A stretch of DNA of 64,000 bases from Lama glama (GCA_028534125.1 CM052832.1:22074001-22138000), one strand, 5' to 3'. Positions 22,120 to 36,234 are shown, counted from the first letter of the stretch. Notes: generated from the letters alone by a model not told the origin. Translations and numbers: made by a program.

Positions 22120-23421
22120 GTTTCTAATTTCTTTCCAATAAATGTTACAAAGGTAAATGTCTTTGGTAACATCTCATTTGTCTCGAAAATGATCACACTC
22201 TTCTGTTTATATGTTAAGTGGCTCAAAACAAAACAAAACAAAACAAAATCTCTTGTAAAAAGCCAGAAACAATCTGATTTTTATCTTTCCGTTACTCACT
22301 GATGGTTTACAAGTTCAAAGAGAAGTAGTGTGTCCTTGGTTTAAGAGCAAGTAGTTGATATTTAATCCCTAAGGTTGTTTTCCCTAACATTTTATTATAA
22401 AAATGGATTTTTTTAAAACTCTGAGGTTATTTTCTTTTTTAGAAATGTACAGAGAAATACTTACACATCATGGTTGTATGAAAACATTTTCAAGTTAAGC
22501 TATGGCAGAAAATGGATAAAGCATGAATACTACTTGAAGTATATATTAATTTTTTTCTTTCCTTGCAGAAGAGGGCTTGCAAGAAGGTCACTGAATTTTT
22601 GTTGTTGTTCTTGTTGAACTTGTTTTGTGTTGGGAGTATGACCACTGTGTAGTAGTAAGAGGTGAAGAACCCTCCAGTTCTAATGTATCTCCTGTCCTTA
22701 TCCTAGTCTAAAATTCCTTCCCTTAGAGTCATTTCTTTGGGCTAAGGGGACAAAGGTCGGGATGTTGTCTTGAGAGGTTGTAATAATTCACAGATGACAT
22801 CTGGGGGAGGTAACAGATGAATGTTTAGATTCTCCCTGGCTCTTTTCCCATTTGCTGATTAACAGGGGATAATTTACTTGATCCGTTAAAATTTGCCAGC
22901 AATGTCAAAGAATCTGGGTCAGAGAGGCTAAATTTGGTGGTGGAGAAAGCACAATGACAAGCCAGGACTTGGAGGCGGCGTTTGGAGACACCAGTCGCCT
23001 CTCTGTCTGGGGAGGTCATCCTCTCCCTTTGGCCAGCCAGCTTTAGGAGGGATGTTCTGGAGCAGGGAGGAAGGCAGGTCCCCCTACCAAAGAGCAGCTG
23101 GATCCACCCTGTTGGTGAATGAGGGAGGGAGCTGGGTAGAATGCTGCAACCTTGTACTCTAGTAAGGAGGCAGGACAGACCGTGGGGCCTTGGGTAAGGG
23201 TGTTCTGGGAGCAGAAAGATGGGAGTGGTGCTGATGGGGGCGATGGTGAGGGGAGCTGGAAGAACACAGGAGAAAAGGATGCTCAGAGCGCCACCTTCCC
23301 TTTGGTTAGTTTTGTTGAGCTTTGACTTTATTTTCATCCTGCCCAAAGCTGGTGAGATACTCAGCAGGACCAGTGAAAAGTTTATCCCTCTAGGTACCCA
23401 CTAGTCCTGTTCTTGCATTTC

Positions 23422-23460
23422 ATACACAGACACACAGACACACACACACACACACACACA
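23422..23460. repeat. (CA)n microsatellite
   Basis: Read directly. Confidence 0.9.
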
Positions 23461-25254
23461 GGTAGTAGCTGATGTGAAACTGTTCAAGTTGAGGCAGTCA
23501 TTATTTGGGTTTGGACTACGAGCGGAGATACCTTGCTTGTTACCTTTAAAAATCCTTCCTCTCTTCTTCTTGCATCACTGAAGAGGGAGAGAAGGCCTCT
23601 GGTACATTTTCTGAGTTGTCCATCGCAGGAAGCTTAATCTGCTTCCTGAGAATGAGGACATTGTTTTATGTGTTCAGGAATGTCTCTGAAATATTTGTTG
23701 ATTGATTACGTCTACGTTGCCCGTCAAATCACACCTACCGAAGGTATATATGTGTAAACATCCTGCTCTGAGACGTATTTCCCGCATGTCATACTGAATA
23801 TGAAACAGAGGAGAGTGAAGCAAGGAACAAGCACATGTTACACAGACGTACTCATTTTATTGCACTGCCTGGTTCAGAATCAATGGCAGAAGTATGCGAA
23901 GACTAATACACTTCAGATGAGCAAACGTTAAAATCTGTGTTTTCAAATAAATAGAAATGACCTTCTGGCGAGAAGAAAGGGTGGCAGAAAGGGGGTAGGG
24001 TGAGAAGGAACGTGTGGAATTGTGGAGAGAACATCTGGTTCAGTTAAAGAATCAAACCTGGAAAAACAAAAGCTGGGGGCCCGGATGTCCACGGTACGTT
24101 GGTGACGGCTTCGTAAGAACTGAGACTTTGTCCTGTTCACTGCTGAGCCCGGAGGGCCGCAAGAGACATACAAGAAATGTTTGTCGAGTGAATGAATGAT
24201 GAATAAGTGAATAAATGAAAGAAACTCTAGAAATAATTTCCTGTCTCCGAGGAAGCCTGTTAGACCCATGTTCTTTCAATATCAAAGGTTTGTTTTATTT
24301 TATTTTAGATGTTGAATTTCTCTGTTGAAAGAAAACCTTGCTGAACATAAATAAGGGCAGAGCCACGCGGATGCAAGTTTGAGTGAGAAGTCCAGGGACG
24401 TCATCCATTCACCTCTCCGTCAATCACATCCCTCTTCAATCCACATGCCCCAAACCACTGGATCTGGGGAGAGGCACCCAGGGTTTGTGTTCTTAGGAAC
24501 CTTCCCAGGAGAATCTGGTGCAGATTCAGGCTTGGACACCACAGACCCAGGGCCCCCCTGGGCACTAGACTGGATGCTCCCTGAGTTCAGGGAGTACTCA
24601 TGTTGACCGTGCTCACCCTGGACCCCAGCACTGTTTTCTCCACTTGTATGACTGCAGTCACATGTTTGTGGTCTTCTAAGCGTCCCTCAGAGCTGATGTG
24701 GCGTTATAATAGACACTCAGTGAATGTCAGTTGATTTAGTCTAGGTTTTTCAGAAAATTTGGGGATGGGGCAGGAAGATTTTTTTCCCCTCTCTGTCTGA
24801 GACAGAGCTTTTCCCTCTTTGAAAGGTCTCTGACATTTTTCTTCACAGCACCCCAGTGGATAGGGAAAGACAAGTATTTTTATTCTTATTTTGCTGATGG
24901 GAAAACCAAGGACTAGAAACAGTTATTCATTTGCTCCTTGCCAAAAGAACAATTCAAAGTGGAGCTGGGATTGGCTTCCATGGACATATGTACAGTGACT
25001 GACTCTCCTTAAGCAACAAAAAAGGTCTTTTCTCAGGAAAGTACACTAGAACAAGCCCTTATATGAATGCCTTCTACTTAGCAGAAAACTGGTAACTTAT
25101 GATTACAACACACTCTCTTGGTTTTGTTAAGCAACAAATACAATCTTATATTTTATTTCAAAGACTATAAACTTTACTATCAATGTTATTCTATACACTT
25201 TGGGTCCCTCAGCCCCTTTCAAAGTACTACTTAGAATCTTTCTCATCAGCAACA

Positions 25255-25372
25255 TTTCTTTTTTTCAAACATTTTTAAAATTGAGGTATAGTCAGCTTAC
25301 AACATTGTGTCAATTTCTGGTGTACAACAGAGTGATTCAGCCATACGTGTACATACATATATCCCTTTTCAT
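25255..25372 (-). mobile_element. Short LINE-1 3' tail
   Basis: aaattgaggtatagtcagcttacaacattgtgtcaatttctggtgtacaac. Confidence 0.7.
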
Positions 25373-28300
25373 TCATCAGCAATGTTTATACACTGCATTT
25401 CCCATTTATTTTCATCAAGCCTGTGCTCTCCAAGATTCTAGTAAGCTTCCTTTGTAACTGAATTCCTCTACTTCTTCCACAGCACTAAAGAACAGACCTT
25501 CTCTGAAAGGCACAAAATTTAGTGTATTATTTTACACTCTGATTCTCAGACTTTTCAAGATAACCTTGAAAGGGCATCAGCTCCGTGGGATTCTCTAATG
25601 AATATCACAGGAACGTGCACGGTTTGACCCAAACCATGAGAGGAGTTCCTTTGGAAGTGAGCCCAGATTGGGGGTCCACAGATTAAGAATGAGTTTATTT
25701 ATGGAGAATGATGATGTGAAATCTTCCGGAGAAACACAGAAAATTCTCATCATTGCTTTACTCTCGAGCATCTCTCCTCAATCTGAGCATAATTTCTTTC
25801 AGTTTTGATCAGGATGTGTGATGCATAACTAATGGGCCTCCCACTGCCATCTGGCAGACTGTGTGAGTTCGCAGCTCATGCTACGGCAGAAGCAAGAGCA
25901 CACGCCAAATTTAAAATAAAAGGGAGCTACAGGACAGTTGATCTTGTAAGAATGGATTCTTGTTTTGCTCCGTAAATTCTTTTTTGGTGGGATTATCACT
26001 TTTAACAGTTGGCAAATCTCTGCAGCCTTTCAGACAGCGCCCTTTACTTGCGCGCTAAAGATGTACCTAAAGGTAAATCTGAGTTTCCTGATTGTTTTGG
26101 TACCAAAGGAAAGTTAGCTTGTTTGTGGAGTTTTAAAGCTCTCTTCAGTTTGAACCACACTTTCATCACTAATTGTTAGCATATGATTTAATTATATTAG
26201 GAGGATGGATTCTGAAGACTTTCTAACTCTTGAGAAGATGCTCGTGTATATTAACCCATAAGCAAAATTGTGTTTCTGTTTGCTAATTATAGGAAAACAT
26301 CTTAATTGACTTGCTGGAAACTATTGTTGCTGCCATTAGTTCGTCACCGCAGGATGGGTCACTGGAGTGCTTCCAAGTAATACTGGAGCAAATGAGGACA
26401 CTGGCAATCACAGTATCTTTCAGGGCAATTTGTGCTCTTTATAATTCTTGCATGAAATAATTTTTCCCTTAAGAAGTACTTACTGCCGTGTGTTTTTCAC
26501 ATTATTCTATTCCCAGGTTGGAACTTCTCTCTGCATCATATTCACATATGTAAGACCGTAATATATTAGTTATTCTTGTGATTGTAAGTCCTAGCAAGCC
26601 AACTTGAATTTGCTTAGACTCCGAGGAAGAGTTGGCTAACCCCTGTCTCATTGGTGCTTAAGTTTGCATTATAATTTAAAAAAATCTCTGAAATGAAATG
26701 AGTCTGATAATTGATCACACGTTCTAGTTTCATTGCAAGTGCATTTACACAAAGTACATACATAATGTAGTGGGCCTCTTTTAACTTGATCTTAAACTTG
26801 ATCGGATACAGTAAGTCACAGAGAGCTGTGATGCAGGGGGGTCTTGGGGACTGCTTGAACCAGAAATTCGAACACTACGAGATCTCTCTCTCTAGGGTCA
26901 TAGCTGCCCTCATTTGGATTGGATTTATTTCTTTCACTGCATTTCTTTGACTTTGAGAATAGCAAGAGACGGGGGTATTGACAGTTCTTTAGGGTCATAT
27001 CTTATGGGTTCCACCACTGAGTCACAAATTCAAAACTACCAGTAAAGGCACTCAGTATCTTAGTTTGAGTCAGTTGCCCACACCCCGCTCAGTCACATTT
27101 GGCTGGGTGATGTAGTCACATGAGGACTGGAAAGAGCAGAAGTGAACAAGGAAGGCCCTACAGGAGCCGTGTAGATGGAAGTGGTGGTGGGGATGCCCTT
27201 CTCAGGAGCAGAGAAGTCAAGGCTGGGGGGACGATGCCACTGATACCCATTGCTCTCATACCTCTGTTAACAGGTGATCAATTATCTCGATTTGGGAATG
27301 TTAAATCTTCACTGGCATCCAAGTCTCACTTTTTCTCACAGCTGAAGCTGCTGATTCTCACTCATAGCCCTGCCCTCATGTTTAGGACAAATTGCAAGAG
27401 GGCTAATTCAGAAAAAATAAAGATATTTATAAATCATATTTTCCCCTCTCACTCCCAGAGGACAAAATTTATTAAATCCTTAGGGAGAAAAATTGTACGT
27501 TTACTGTAGCAGAATCTGCCGGTTGCGTAGAACTCACTCCACCCCACTGCATTGTAGATCAGAGATTAGAAAGCTTAAAATCCACTTTTCAGACTCCTTT
27601 GTAAGTGGCTTTCACCAGAAACTTAGAAGGTGGAGTGAACAGCATGAGCTGGCAGCCCCTGGGCAGATAGGATTCTATGCTGGAGACTGATCCTTTGGGA
27701 GCAGCGGGATGGTGGCCCAGCTGCCGAGGGTCCAGTAGCTTCAGCAGCAGCTGAAAGGTTTCCTGGTGTTCAACAGGCTCCTGGTGTGGTTTGCTGTTGG
27801 TCCTGGTGCCACTGCTACTGGCTGTGTGGCCACCAGACCTGGTCCTGGCCCTCTTAGAAATTCCTTAAGCTTGGAGAGCAGTGATAAATCCATTTCCGTT
27901 GTGGCTGGAATGGATTCCACTCTCTCCAACTCAGATCCCTCACCGATACAGTTACACTGACAGCAAGGACATTAGAACTTTTCATTTAGTCACCAAAATA
28001 TTAAAAACTTGGTCTACTGGGGACGTAGCCACAGGGAGTCAACTTTCTAATGTCTTATCCTTTAAATCTGCGTTACAGCCCTATGGTATGTTCACCCACA
28101 TTATCTCCTGAGAGATTGACAAAAATACATAAATCTATTATTAATGAAGGTGTGGGGAAATAGATACCCTCCCTTCGAGAGGCATGTGGATAAGGGCATG
28201 TGCTCTGGTGTCCAATTTACGAATCCGTAACTTTGATTAGGTTATTTGACTTGTCTGTGCTTCAGTTTCTAAATATGTAAAATGAAGATAAAAATTCCTA

Positions 28301-29485
28301 TCTTAAAGAGCTATCTTAAGGAATCAACAAATCAATCCATGCAGAATATTTGGGGAAGTGCCTTGGGTACAATAAGCTCTTAGTCAACATTGGCTATCAT
28401 ACCATTTGCCATTGTTACAAGTACATTCTTCTTGGAGGACAGATTGGCAGCATCTATCAAAATGTCTACATACATTGGCTCAACAGTTGCATTGTATATA
28501 TCAAACCTACAGAAATACACTTGCTGAAATGTCTGTTAGTAGGGACAAGTAGTTAAATAGTTTATATCTTAGAATACTGAGTAGCCAATAAAAAGGATAA
28601 TGGAAGTCAGTACATTCTGCATGGAAAGATCACCACGTATCATTCATTTATTGAACAAATATTTAATTGAGGATTTACTTTGTCCTTACTGTTCTGGATA
28701 CTGAAAGTGAAAAGTTTTAAATTATGGAATTGTCTATGTATGATCAATGAGTGTTAAGCAATAATCTGCATCTGTGTACGAGTGTATGTTGGGCTGTGGT
28801 CCCCTCTGTCCAGGCAGTAGAGAGGCCACAAGCTGGCTGGCTCTCCTTGGGCCACCCAGTAAGGATGCTGGAGCTTGCTGGACCGCACATCACTGCACAT
28901 GTGTCCTGGCCCCATTCTCCATCTTGGAAGCTTAGAAATGGCCTGGGCCTTTGAAAAGGGCAAAGTTCTGGGGCAAAAACAGGCATCATATCTGCTGAAC
29001 AACTGGTGGCTGTCCAGCTGGCTGCTGTTTATAGGAAGCTCTCACCAGAGGGCAACCGCAAGAACAGCTGAAGTGTTCAAGCGGCTGCTGGACCCCAGAC
29101 GTTGCCTTGATCCCCAGCAGCTCTCTGCTCTCACAGAGGGGAAAGGCAGAGTCTCCTCTTCGATAGAGTGGTTGCTCCATGTCCTGTCCATCATCCTGAG
29201 CTACACGGACCCCCCACCCTGTCCACCCCATCATGGCCTTCCATCACTCCACTTCCTGTCTATCTCTGGTGGCGGGGAAGTTGGCCTCTGCAACCATTCT
29301 ATTTCCAAACTACTGTTTATGCCATGAGTTTTTAGCCGCAAATATTTCAGGGCTTTGATTTTGATATATAACATCAAGATTTGGGAACTGAAAATACTTT
29401 TATGCCAGGTCTTTGGAATCTAAAGCTTTGGTCATGAGTTGTCTTGATTCTTACAAGGCCCCCGCCTCATGGTCCTGTTTTAACG

Positions 29486-29487
<2 letters not shown>

Positions 29488-29521
<34 letters not shown>
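29488..29521. repeat. (TG)n microsatellite
   Basis: Read directly. Confidence 0.9.
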
Positions 29522-29523
<2 letters not shown>

Positions 29524-31318
29524 GGAGTATGACTAAGAGTCATCAAATAAACAAGAATTACCAAAAAAAAAATTTTCAGACACAGAACTAACAAGTATCA
29601 AAGACAAAAATCACACTGATTAATATACCAGCATATTATTCTATCACACATAGAAGAAACTTTGGGAAGCCTGCCCAGCTGTTAGCAGCATTTACCTCCA
29701 GGAATGGAGGGGGATTGATAGCGAGGAGAAAGCAGACTTTCTATTTTTACTCTGAAAACCTCTTTTGGTTTCTTTGAATTATTTATAGACATGTTTTAAT
29801 CATAGCTTTTGTGATTAAAACTAATTATTAAAAAAACAACAGTTTTCCAAGCAGGCTGTGGTGTTTGGACTCGGGGTCTGGCGTTGGCTGTATGGGTCTT
29901 GTTTCTACCCCTTTGACCTCCTCTGCTCGCTGCACTTACTTCAAATTTAGGCTGCCCTTCACACGACTGACTTTTGAAATGATCTGTTTGTGTGTTCGTC
30001 TTCCTCTTTCTACTGCAGACTTTTCGAGGATAGAAATTGTGTCTCATTCATTATTGTGTCTCCAGATCCTGCCACGGTGCCTGGCTCCACACGGTGTTTA
30101 TTTGAATTCTATTCCTGCACCCAAGTCAAAGACTTGCTGCCCCGCTGTACTATAGATACGTGCAGATACAAGCAAATACTGACGTCGACTCAGCTTTCTC
30201 TGCTAACTGACAGTTCCTTTTTCTACATCTTCCATATCTCATTTCTCACATCAATTGTTTCAACCTTCTTCATGGTCTAAATGGGCACTTCCAGTCTCCT
30301 AAATTTACCAGGAAGATTCAGACCCTCCCCTCTTTCCTCAAGCCCTGAGTACAGTCCCCCTGTTGAGACTAATCCCCTACCTTGACTTTTGAAAGCATCT
30401 CCCTCTATTCCCCCTTGAACCGAACTTCAATGAGTTCACTAGCTGCCCCCACTTTCTGTTAACTCAGAGTTGTGGGTGTACCCGGGGAAACTGCAGCAGG
30501 GTGACACGTTTATTTGTTCCATCATTACTGAGCGCCTACTGTATGCCAAGTGCTCTGCTAGAGCTACTGGAACACAGGAGGTGAAGGAGAAGTACCAGCA
30601 AGCTATGCAGAGATGCTTCCTGCCCGACTGTGGCTTTCAGTCAAGGGCGCAGTCAGCCAATGGCAACCTAGCAAGGAGGGAGCTGGAGAATTAATATCCT
30701 GACCTCGTTCTCCTCATCCTGCTGTGCCCCCTCCAAGCCAACTAGAAGTCAGCAGAGGAGGAAGCCAACTGATGTGTCTATACATGAGGCTCCTTGAGCA
30801 GAGCAGGAAGGAGAAGGGTAGAGTGGATCTGGATGGCCAAATGAAAGGTATCCTGCAAGTCCTCAAGGAGCTCAGTATCTAACAGAAAGAAGAACAGGCA
30901 CTTATACCATATGGGGTCTGATGGAGTAGCTGGGAGGCGTACACTGGAGTTACAGCTCTAGGCTACTGTTAGGCACTGCTCTGAGTGTTTTACTGCATGA
31001 ACTAAAAAATGTACAAGGTATTGGGAGGAAAACTAGCCCGGAAGGATCAGATGAGCTTTTTGTAGAAAGTGGAGATGAGCCTTAGTGTATGAGTGTGAGA
31101 TGGTCAGGCTGAGGTGGATTTAGGGAGAAGGTATGAGCAGAGAAATAGAGGGCTGAGTAGCATTGAGTGTAATTGGAACCTCATGAAATTTACTGTTGTT
31201 GGTGTTTAGGGAAGAGGGCATTGAGGCGAGGTAATGCCCTTCTCAGTGGGGCAGGGGCTGTATAATGGAGGGCCCATGTAGGCTTTATCCAAAGGATGAT
31301 GAGCAGAAAATGAGCAGG

Positions 31319-31897
31319 TTTTTTTTAACTGAGAAATAATAGACATATAACATCATGTTAGTTTCAAGTATACAATGTAATGATTTGATGTTTGTATATT
31401 TTGCAAAATGCTCCCCAGAATGTCTCGTTAACATTGGTCACCATATATAGTTATAAAAATTTATTTTCTTGTGAGGATAACTTTTAAGATCTACTCTCTT
31501 GGCAAGTTTCAAATATATAATACAGTATTATTAACTGTAGTCACCATGCTGTACCTTATACCCCCATGACTTATTTACTTTATAACTGAAAGTTTGTACC
31601 TTTTGACAACCTTCATGCATTTCACCCACACCCATTTCCTGCCTCTGGTAACCACCAATCTATTCTCTGAATTGAGAGCTTTTTTTTTTTTTGATTCCAC
31701 ATATAAGAAAGATCATATGATATTTGTCTTTCTCTGACTTACTTCACCTAGCATCATACCCTCAAGGTTCATCCTTGTTGTAGCAAATGGCAAGATTTCC
31801 TTCTTGCTTATGGCGGAATAATATTCCATTGTACGTTTATACTGCATCTTCTTTATTCATTCATCCATCAATGGACACTTAGGTTGTTTCCATAGTG
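31319..31897 (-). mobile_element. LINE-1 3' end (L1MA/MB-like)
   Basis: ttttaagatctactctcttggcaagtttcaaatata, gcctctggtaaccaccaatc, cattcatccatcaatggacacttaggttgtttccat. Confidence 0.9.
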
Positions 31898-31929
31898 TCC
31901 ACGGATGATGGGCAGCAAATCAAAATTTT

Positions 31930-33000
31930 CAACGGGAGAGTGAAATGCTGAGCTTTGTAATCAGGTGAGTCTGAGAATGTGGGAAGGATGGATTTGAGGG
32001 AGGCAGGACCAGAGAAGGGGAGACTGATGGTAGGAGACCACAGTGATAGTGGAGGAGAGAGACGAGGTAGCAGGAATTCAGGCTGGAGAAGGGGTGATGA
32101 ATTTAAGAAATGCTTAGAAGCCAAAAGTGGTAAATCTTAGGGATTAGAACTCAGGGCTGGAGGAGGAGTTACCAGAGATGACTGACAGGATTCCAGCTTC
32201 AGTGTTAGTTAATGGTCCAGCTGAAAGTCTTAGACTAATGGGGGAAGAATAAAAGAGTTCAGTTGAATCTGTGGGACATTCAGGTGAAATTGCTTAACAA
32301 GTAGTTGAAGAAATAAACCTAAACTTCAGGGAGAGGTCTGGACACAAGGAATAGACTTAGGCATCCTGAGCATGTAGGCAAGACTTGGCTGAAACAATGG
32401 AAGTGTTATCAAACCAAACTAGGGTCTGCTCGCCCACCGGCAGTATTGCCAGTCTACTGACACCGGGTTGTGGTGAAGGAACGTGCAATGTTTAGTGCAG
32501 GGCGCTAAACAAAGAGTCCCAGACGACTAGTGCTAAAAAAGCCTGAACTCCCTGAGAGGTTTCAGCAAAGCATTTTTAAAGGCCAGGTGTGGAAGAAGGT
32601 CCCAGGGTTTGTGATCAGCTCTGGCACAGGGTAATATTATCAGTTGGTCTGGGGGCTCCATGCTCATGGTAATCAGGTAGTTAATTTCCTCCATTTGGTG
32701 GGGGTTTAGCATCTATAAAACAACTCCGGAAAATGTGCATTCGATGCTATTATCTAGGTATCTCAGAGAGGAGCTAAAGCAGAGGATATAGGGGAGGGGG
32801 TCTGTCCTGGAAAAGTTCCACAGGGTCCTGCTCAGTTACAGAAGTAGGTGGAATTACTCAGTGCAAGGTTGACAGTGAGAAAAGGACAGGGGACTTCTCT
32901 TGAGGAAGAATGTGGTTGGACAGTAGATGGGGAAGAGTATGAGGGAGAGATGTAGGATCCAGAAGGACTTTTTATTTCAAGGAGTAAAAGTTTCAAGTTG
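31930..33000 (-). mobile_element. L2 LINE fragment interrupted by an LTR
   Basis: Purine-rich L2-like text (ggagagaggtctgg-like, gagttcagttga, gggacattcaggtg) on both sides of the LTR. Confidence 0.55.
32404..32840 (-). mobile_element. ERV1-class solo LTR, 437 bp
   Basis: Ends TGTTA...TTACA with a perfect 4-bp TSD GAAG (32400-32403 and 32841-32844). Orientation is inferred from a degenerate poly(A) signal (ACTAAA on minus, ~32490). Confidence 0.8.
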
Positions 33001-34559
33001 CTCAATATTTGGACACTTTTAACTCTCCTCTCTCTTCTTGAAACTCCCTGCTTTCTTGGCTTCTGTGAAATTGTTTCTCACTAGTCTTTTTTTCCCCCCT
33101 CTTTTCACTCTTCGTGATTCTTCCACTAATGTACTCCCACCTTGTCCCCTAAACAAGTGCCACTGAAAGTACTTGTATACCCACGATATATAAGTAGTAG
33201 TTCTCACTGGCGTGTTCTAGATTGAATCTAAACACTCATGATCGCCGCAGGGATGGTCCCAGAGCCTCCCTGGGTGTGAGATCACTCCCTACACCAAGCC
33301 TGTATCACTTGAGGAGGAAGTTTGACCTGTGCCAATACTGCTTTCAGCCACTATCCTCCACATGAGGTCACCTGCACGCTCCACCTCCTTATCTTTGCAG
33401 TGAACACCTTTACATGTGCCAACAGGTGGGTGTACCACAGAGTCAGCAATAATGATATTTATAAAGAACAGATCAGGTTGGAGGTAGGACCATAGTCAAC
33501 TTCTTCTACCCCTGCTAACCTCACAAACGTTCCATACACTCATACATCAAAAATTTTAAAGATCAAGGAGCAAATAAGACAGAGAGGGTTAAATAAGACA
33601 GGAGGGTACAACATTTAGGCAAAATGCTTTTGCTGCCCTGCATGCTGGTGGCATTTCATGTGTCCCTCATGATTCTGAGCTGAGAATCCTGGCTTTGTCC
33701 CTCTCTCCCAGTCTTGATTTGAGAAGTTTCATACCATTTAGGTGCTTTCTGGGAGTTGTCAAAAAAAAAAGTCCATCATCATTCACAGGTGGGAATTATT
33801 TAAGGGTAATCAACTCTAGAACACAAGATATTGAGTCAGAGGGAAAGCTTTGAGAGTCACTGGTTTGCAGGTCAAATGCCTCTCTGGAAGCAAAAGTTGG
33901 GCTTATCACTGAGTTTATTGTTAATTGGTGGAATATTACACCCCCCACAGTGGACTAGCGATTCCAAGAGAGATCCTCCTCCTTCAAGAATTCATTACAG
34001 TCAATGGCCTCTTCCGCCTTCTGTTAATTTAATCTCCAGCCCACTATGCAGCATGTTAGTACCACGCTAGTAGAAAGTGGGTGTCATCCATGCTTACGTA
34101 ACTTCTGGTTGAGTGCCTTCCGCTCCAGCCGTGGTTCTTTGTGAGTCATAATTATGTCTGTGTTAAAACACTGCTGCAAGCTGTGTGTGTGCCTGTGTGG
34201 GTGTTTTATGTATGGGTGTAGTCTACAGCCTGGGTGAACAAACCTGTTGGTGAAGGGATTTGCATTTACCTGGGAGAAAGATCTCAGCACTTAAGAGAGA
34301 TCAGATTAATTTCAGCTGGTTATTTACATGTGAAATAAGGTTCTCAAGCAAAAGCAAGGGTAACCAATCAGACGGCTCACGCTTTCCTCCTTCAGCTACT
34401 TTCCGGGGATGGGACTGGAGAGAGAATCAAAGAAAACTCTTAACTTCTCCCAAGTGGGGCAGGCTGCGGTTAGTCCTCCTGCCCACCCAGTAAACCCAAC
34501 GGGTTCCTCTGGCTCTAGCGGAAGATGAAATTTTTGTTTGTTCGTTTTTTGAGTAAAGG

Positions 34560-34760
34560 CGAGCCAGCGGAGTGTAATGGATAAAAGGATGGACTTTGGA
34601 TCCAGACTGCCTCACCAGCTGTGTGCCTACGGGTAAAGTTTCTTTATCTGTAAAATGGGATGATGATAATAGTGTATCTCATAGGCTTACAGTAAAGAGT
34701 CAATGATTTGATACAGGAAAAGAGCTTAGGACCTACTACACCGTGGTACTCAAATAGCTC
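34560..34760 (+). mobile_element. MIR SINE
   Basis: ggactttggatccagactgcct...tttatctgtaaaatgggatgatgataatag. Confidence 0.7.
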
Positions 34761-34911
34761 TTTTTTTTTTTTTTCTGGAAGGTTCGGCAAGAGTCCTAAA
34801 GCTGGAGCTGGCTCATTTCCTTGAATCGCACGAAGGAATAAGGTCTAGAAACTTGCCGGCTGGGCCTTGAGAAGCTGTCTTGTGTGGATACACTCTTGGT
34901 TCCCCGTCTTC

Positions 34912-35044
34912 TTTTTTTTTTTGGTGGGGGAAGGTAATTAAGTTTATTTATTTATTTATTTATTTTTAATGGAGGTACTGGGGATTGAACCCAGGACCTC
35001 ATACATGCTAAGCATGCGCTCTACCACTTGAACTATACCCTCCC
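34912..35044 (-). mobile_element. Camelid tRNA-Ala-derived SINE (vic-1-like), near full length
   Basis: Reverse complement GGGAGGGTATAGTTCAAGTGGTAGAGCGCATGCTTAGCATGTATGAGGTCCTGGGTTCAATCCCCAGTACCTCC, then (TAAA)n, ACTTAATTACCTTCCCCCACC and poly(A). Confidence 0.9.
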
Positions 35045-36234
35045 TCTTGAGTCTCCTTCTTCTAAACCCCTCGTCTCTACGGTGGTCTCTCCAAGGCCGA
35101 GATGACGCCGTGGCTCTGCCTTGTCCTCGACACCCGGGTAAGGACAAGTCTTCCTCCCCCTGGAGCTGAATTTCCATGCAGGCTGCGGTGTGTGTGCGTC
35201 TTTTGTTCACCTCTGTTCCTTCCACCCCCAGCCCCGCAGGCACCAGTGCCTCCTTGCCAGGGCTGATTCTTTTCATCTCGCTCAAGTTCGGGCAGCTGTG
35301 TCAAACCCCCTGTTTGCTCTGATGGAGTGTGGGCGACTTCGTGACTGCCTTCCCACCTCATCTGGACCGGTTTGTTTCCCCGTCGTGCTGTAATTGGCGG
35401 GCTCAGTGTTTCCGGTTTTTCTGCGCGCTCTGGGCGTGGTGGGGGGCTCCGCCGAGGCTGGTGTATTCTTAGAAACCTTGAGCTTTGTGTGTCTCGCCAG
35501 AGTTCATTCGACCTGGTGTTCTGCATTTCCATGGGCTTTGGCTCACTTCTCCAATTTGGAATTTTCCCATCCGTGTTATTCCAAGTGGCTGTTTCACCCA
35601 ATTTCCCCTCAGCAGCCATCTCCATTCCCTGCAGTCAGAAAACAGAAAAGATAAGGATAAACCCACAGATTGGCTCTTTGCGGATTTGGAGTACTGATGA
35701 GAATGCTTAGGATTTTATGACTTACGACACAAGAAATTGGGCTTGGCAGCCCTACCAGAATGCTGCCCTGCCTGACTCCCGGAATCGTGTCCTTCCAGGA
35801 CGACTTTTTCAAGGTTTATCGTATTGGAATGTGCTCCTTTCCTCGTTTCATTGCTGCTGGTGAATGTTTTGAAAACACTTCTACTTTTTTTCTGTTATTT
35901 CCTTTGGAATTAGATAATGATACAGAGTCATTCCACCATATTAATCCAGAAGTTGTATTTTCTTTCCTTTTGATATAGAAAGACCTGCAGTAGAAGCCCT
36001 GACTTTATTAGGTTATAACATAGTTACCTTTTTTCTTCCTAGCCTGGAGTTTTCTTTACAAGGCTCCACACATAAACCAGCAATACTTCTTCCTGAGCCA
36101 TCTGGTCAAATGGCACCATATAATATCTTCCAGTATCTTCCCAGTAATTGGGATAATGGTGGATTAGAGAATCAGTTGAGGGTGCCATACAAACTAATTT
36201 GCTATAACCAGCCGCAGAAATTAGGCTCCCAAGA

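Noticed and set aside
33240..33400. Coding-looking segment (…FDLCQYCFQ…) as a possible processed pseudogene fragment
   Set aside because: No parent gene recognised and no poly(A) tail or TSD; a BLASTX search would be needed.
34968..35044. tRNA-Ala-like sequences here and at ~16333-16406 and ~63643-63720
   Set aside because: Acceptor stems are degenerate and A-rich tails follow, so these are SINE heads rather than tRNA genes.
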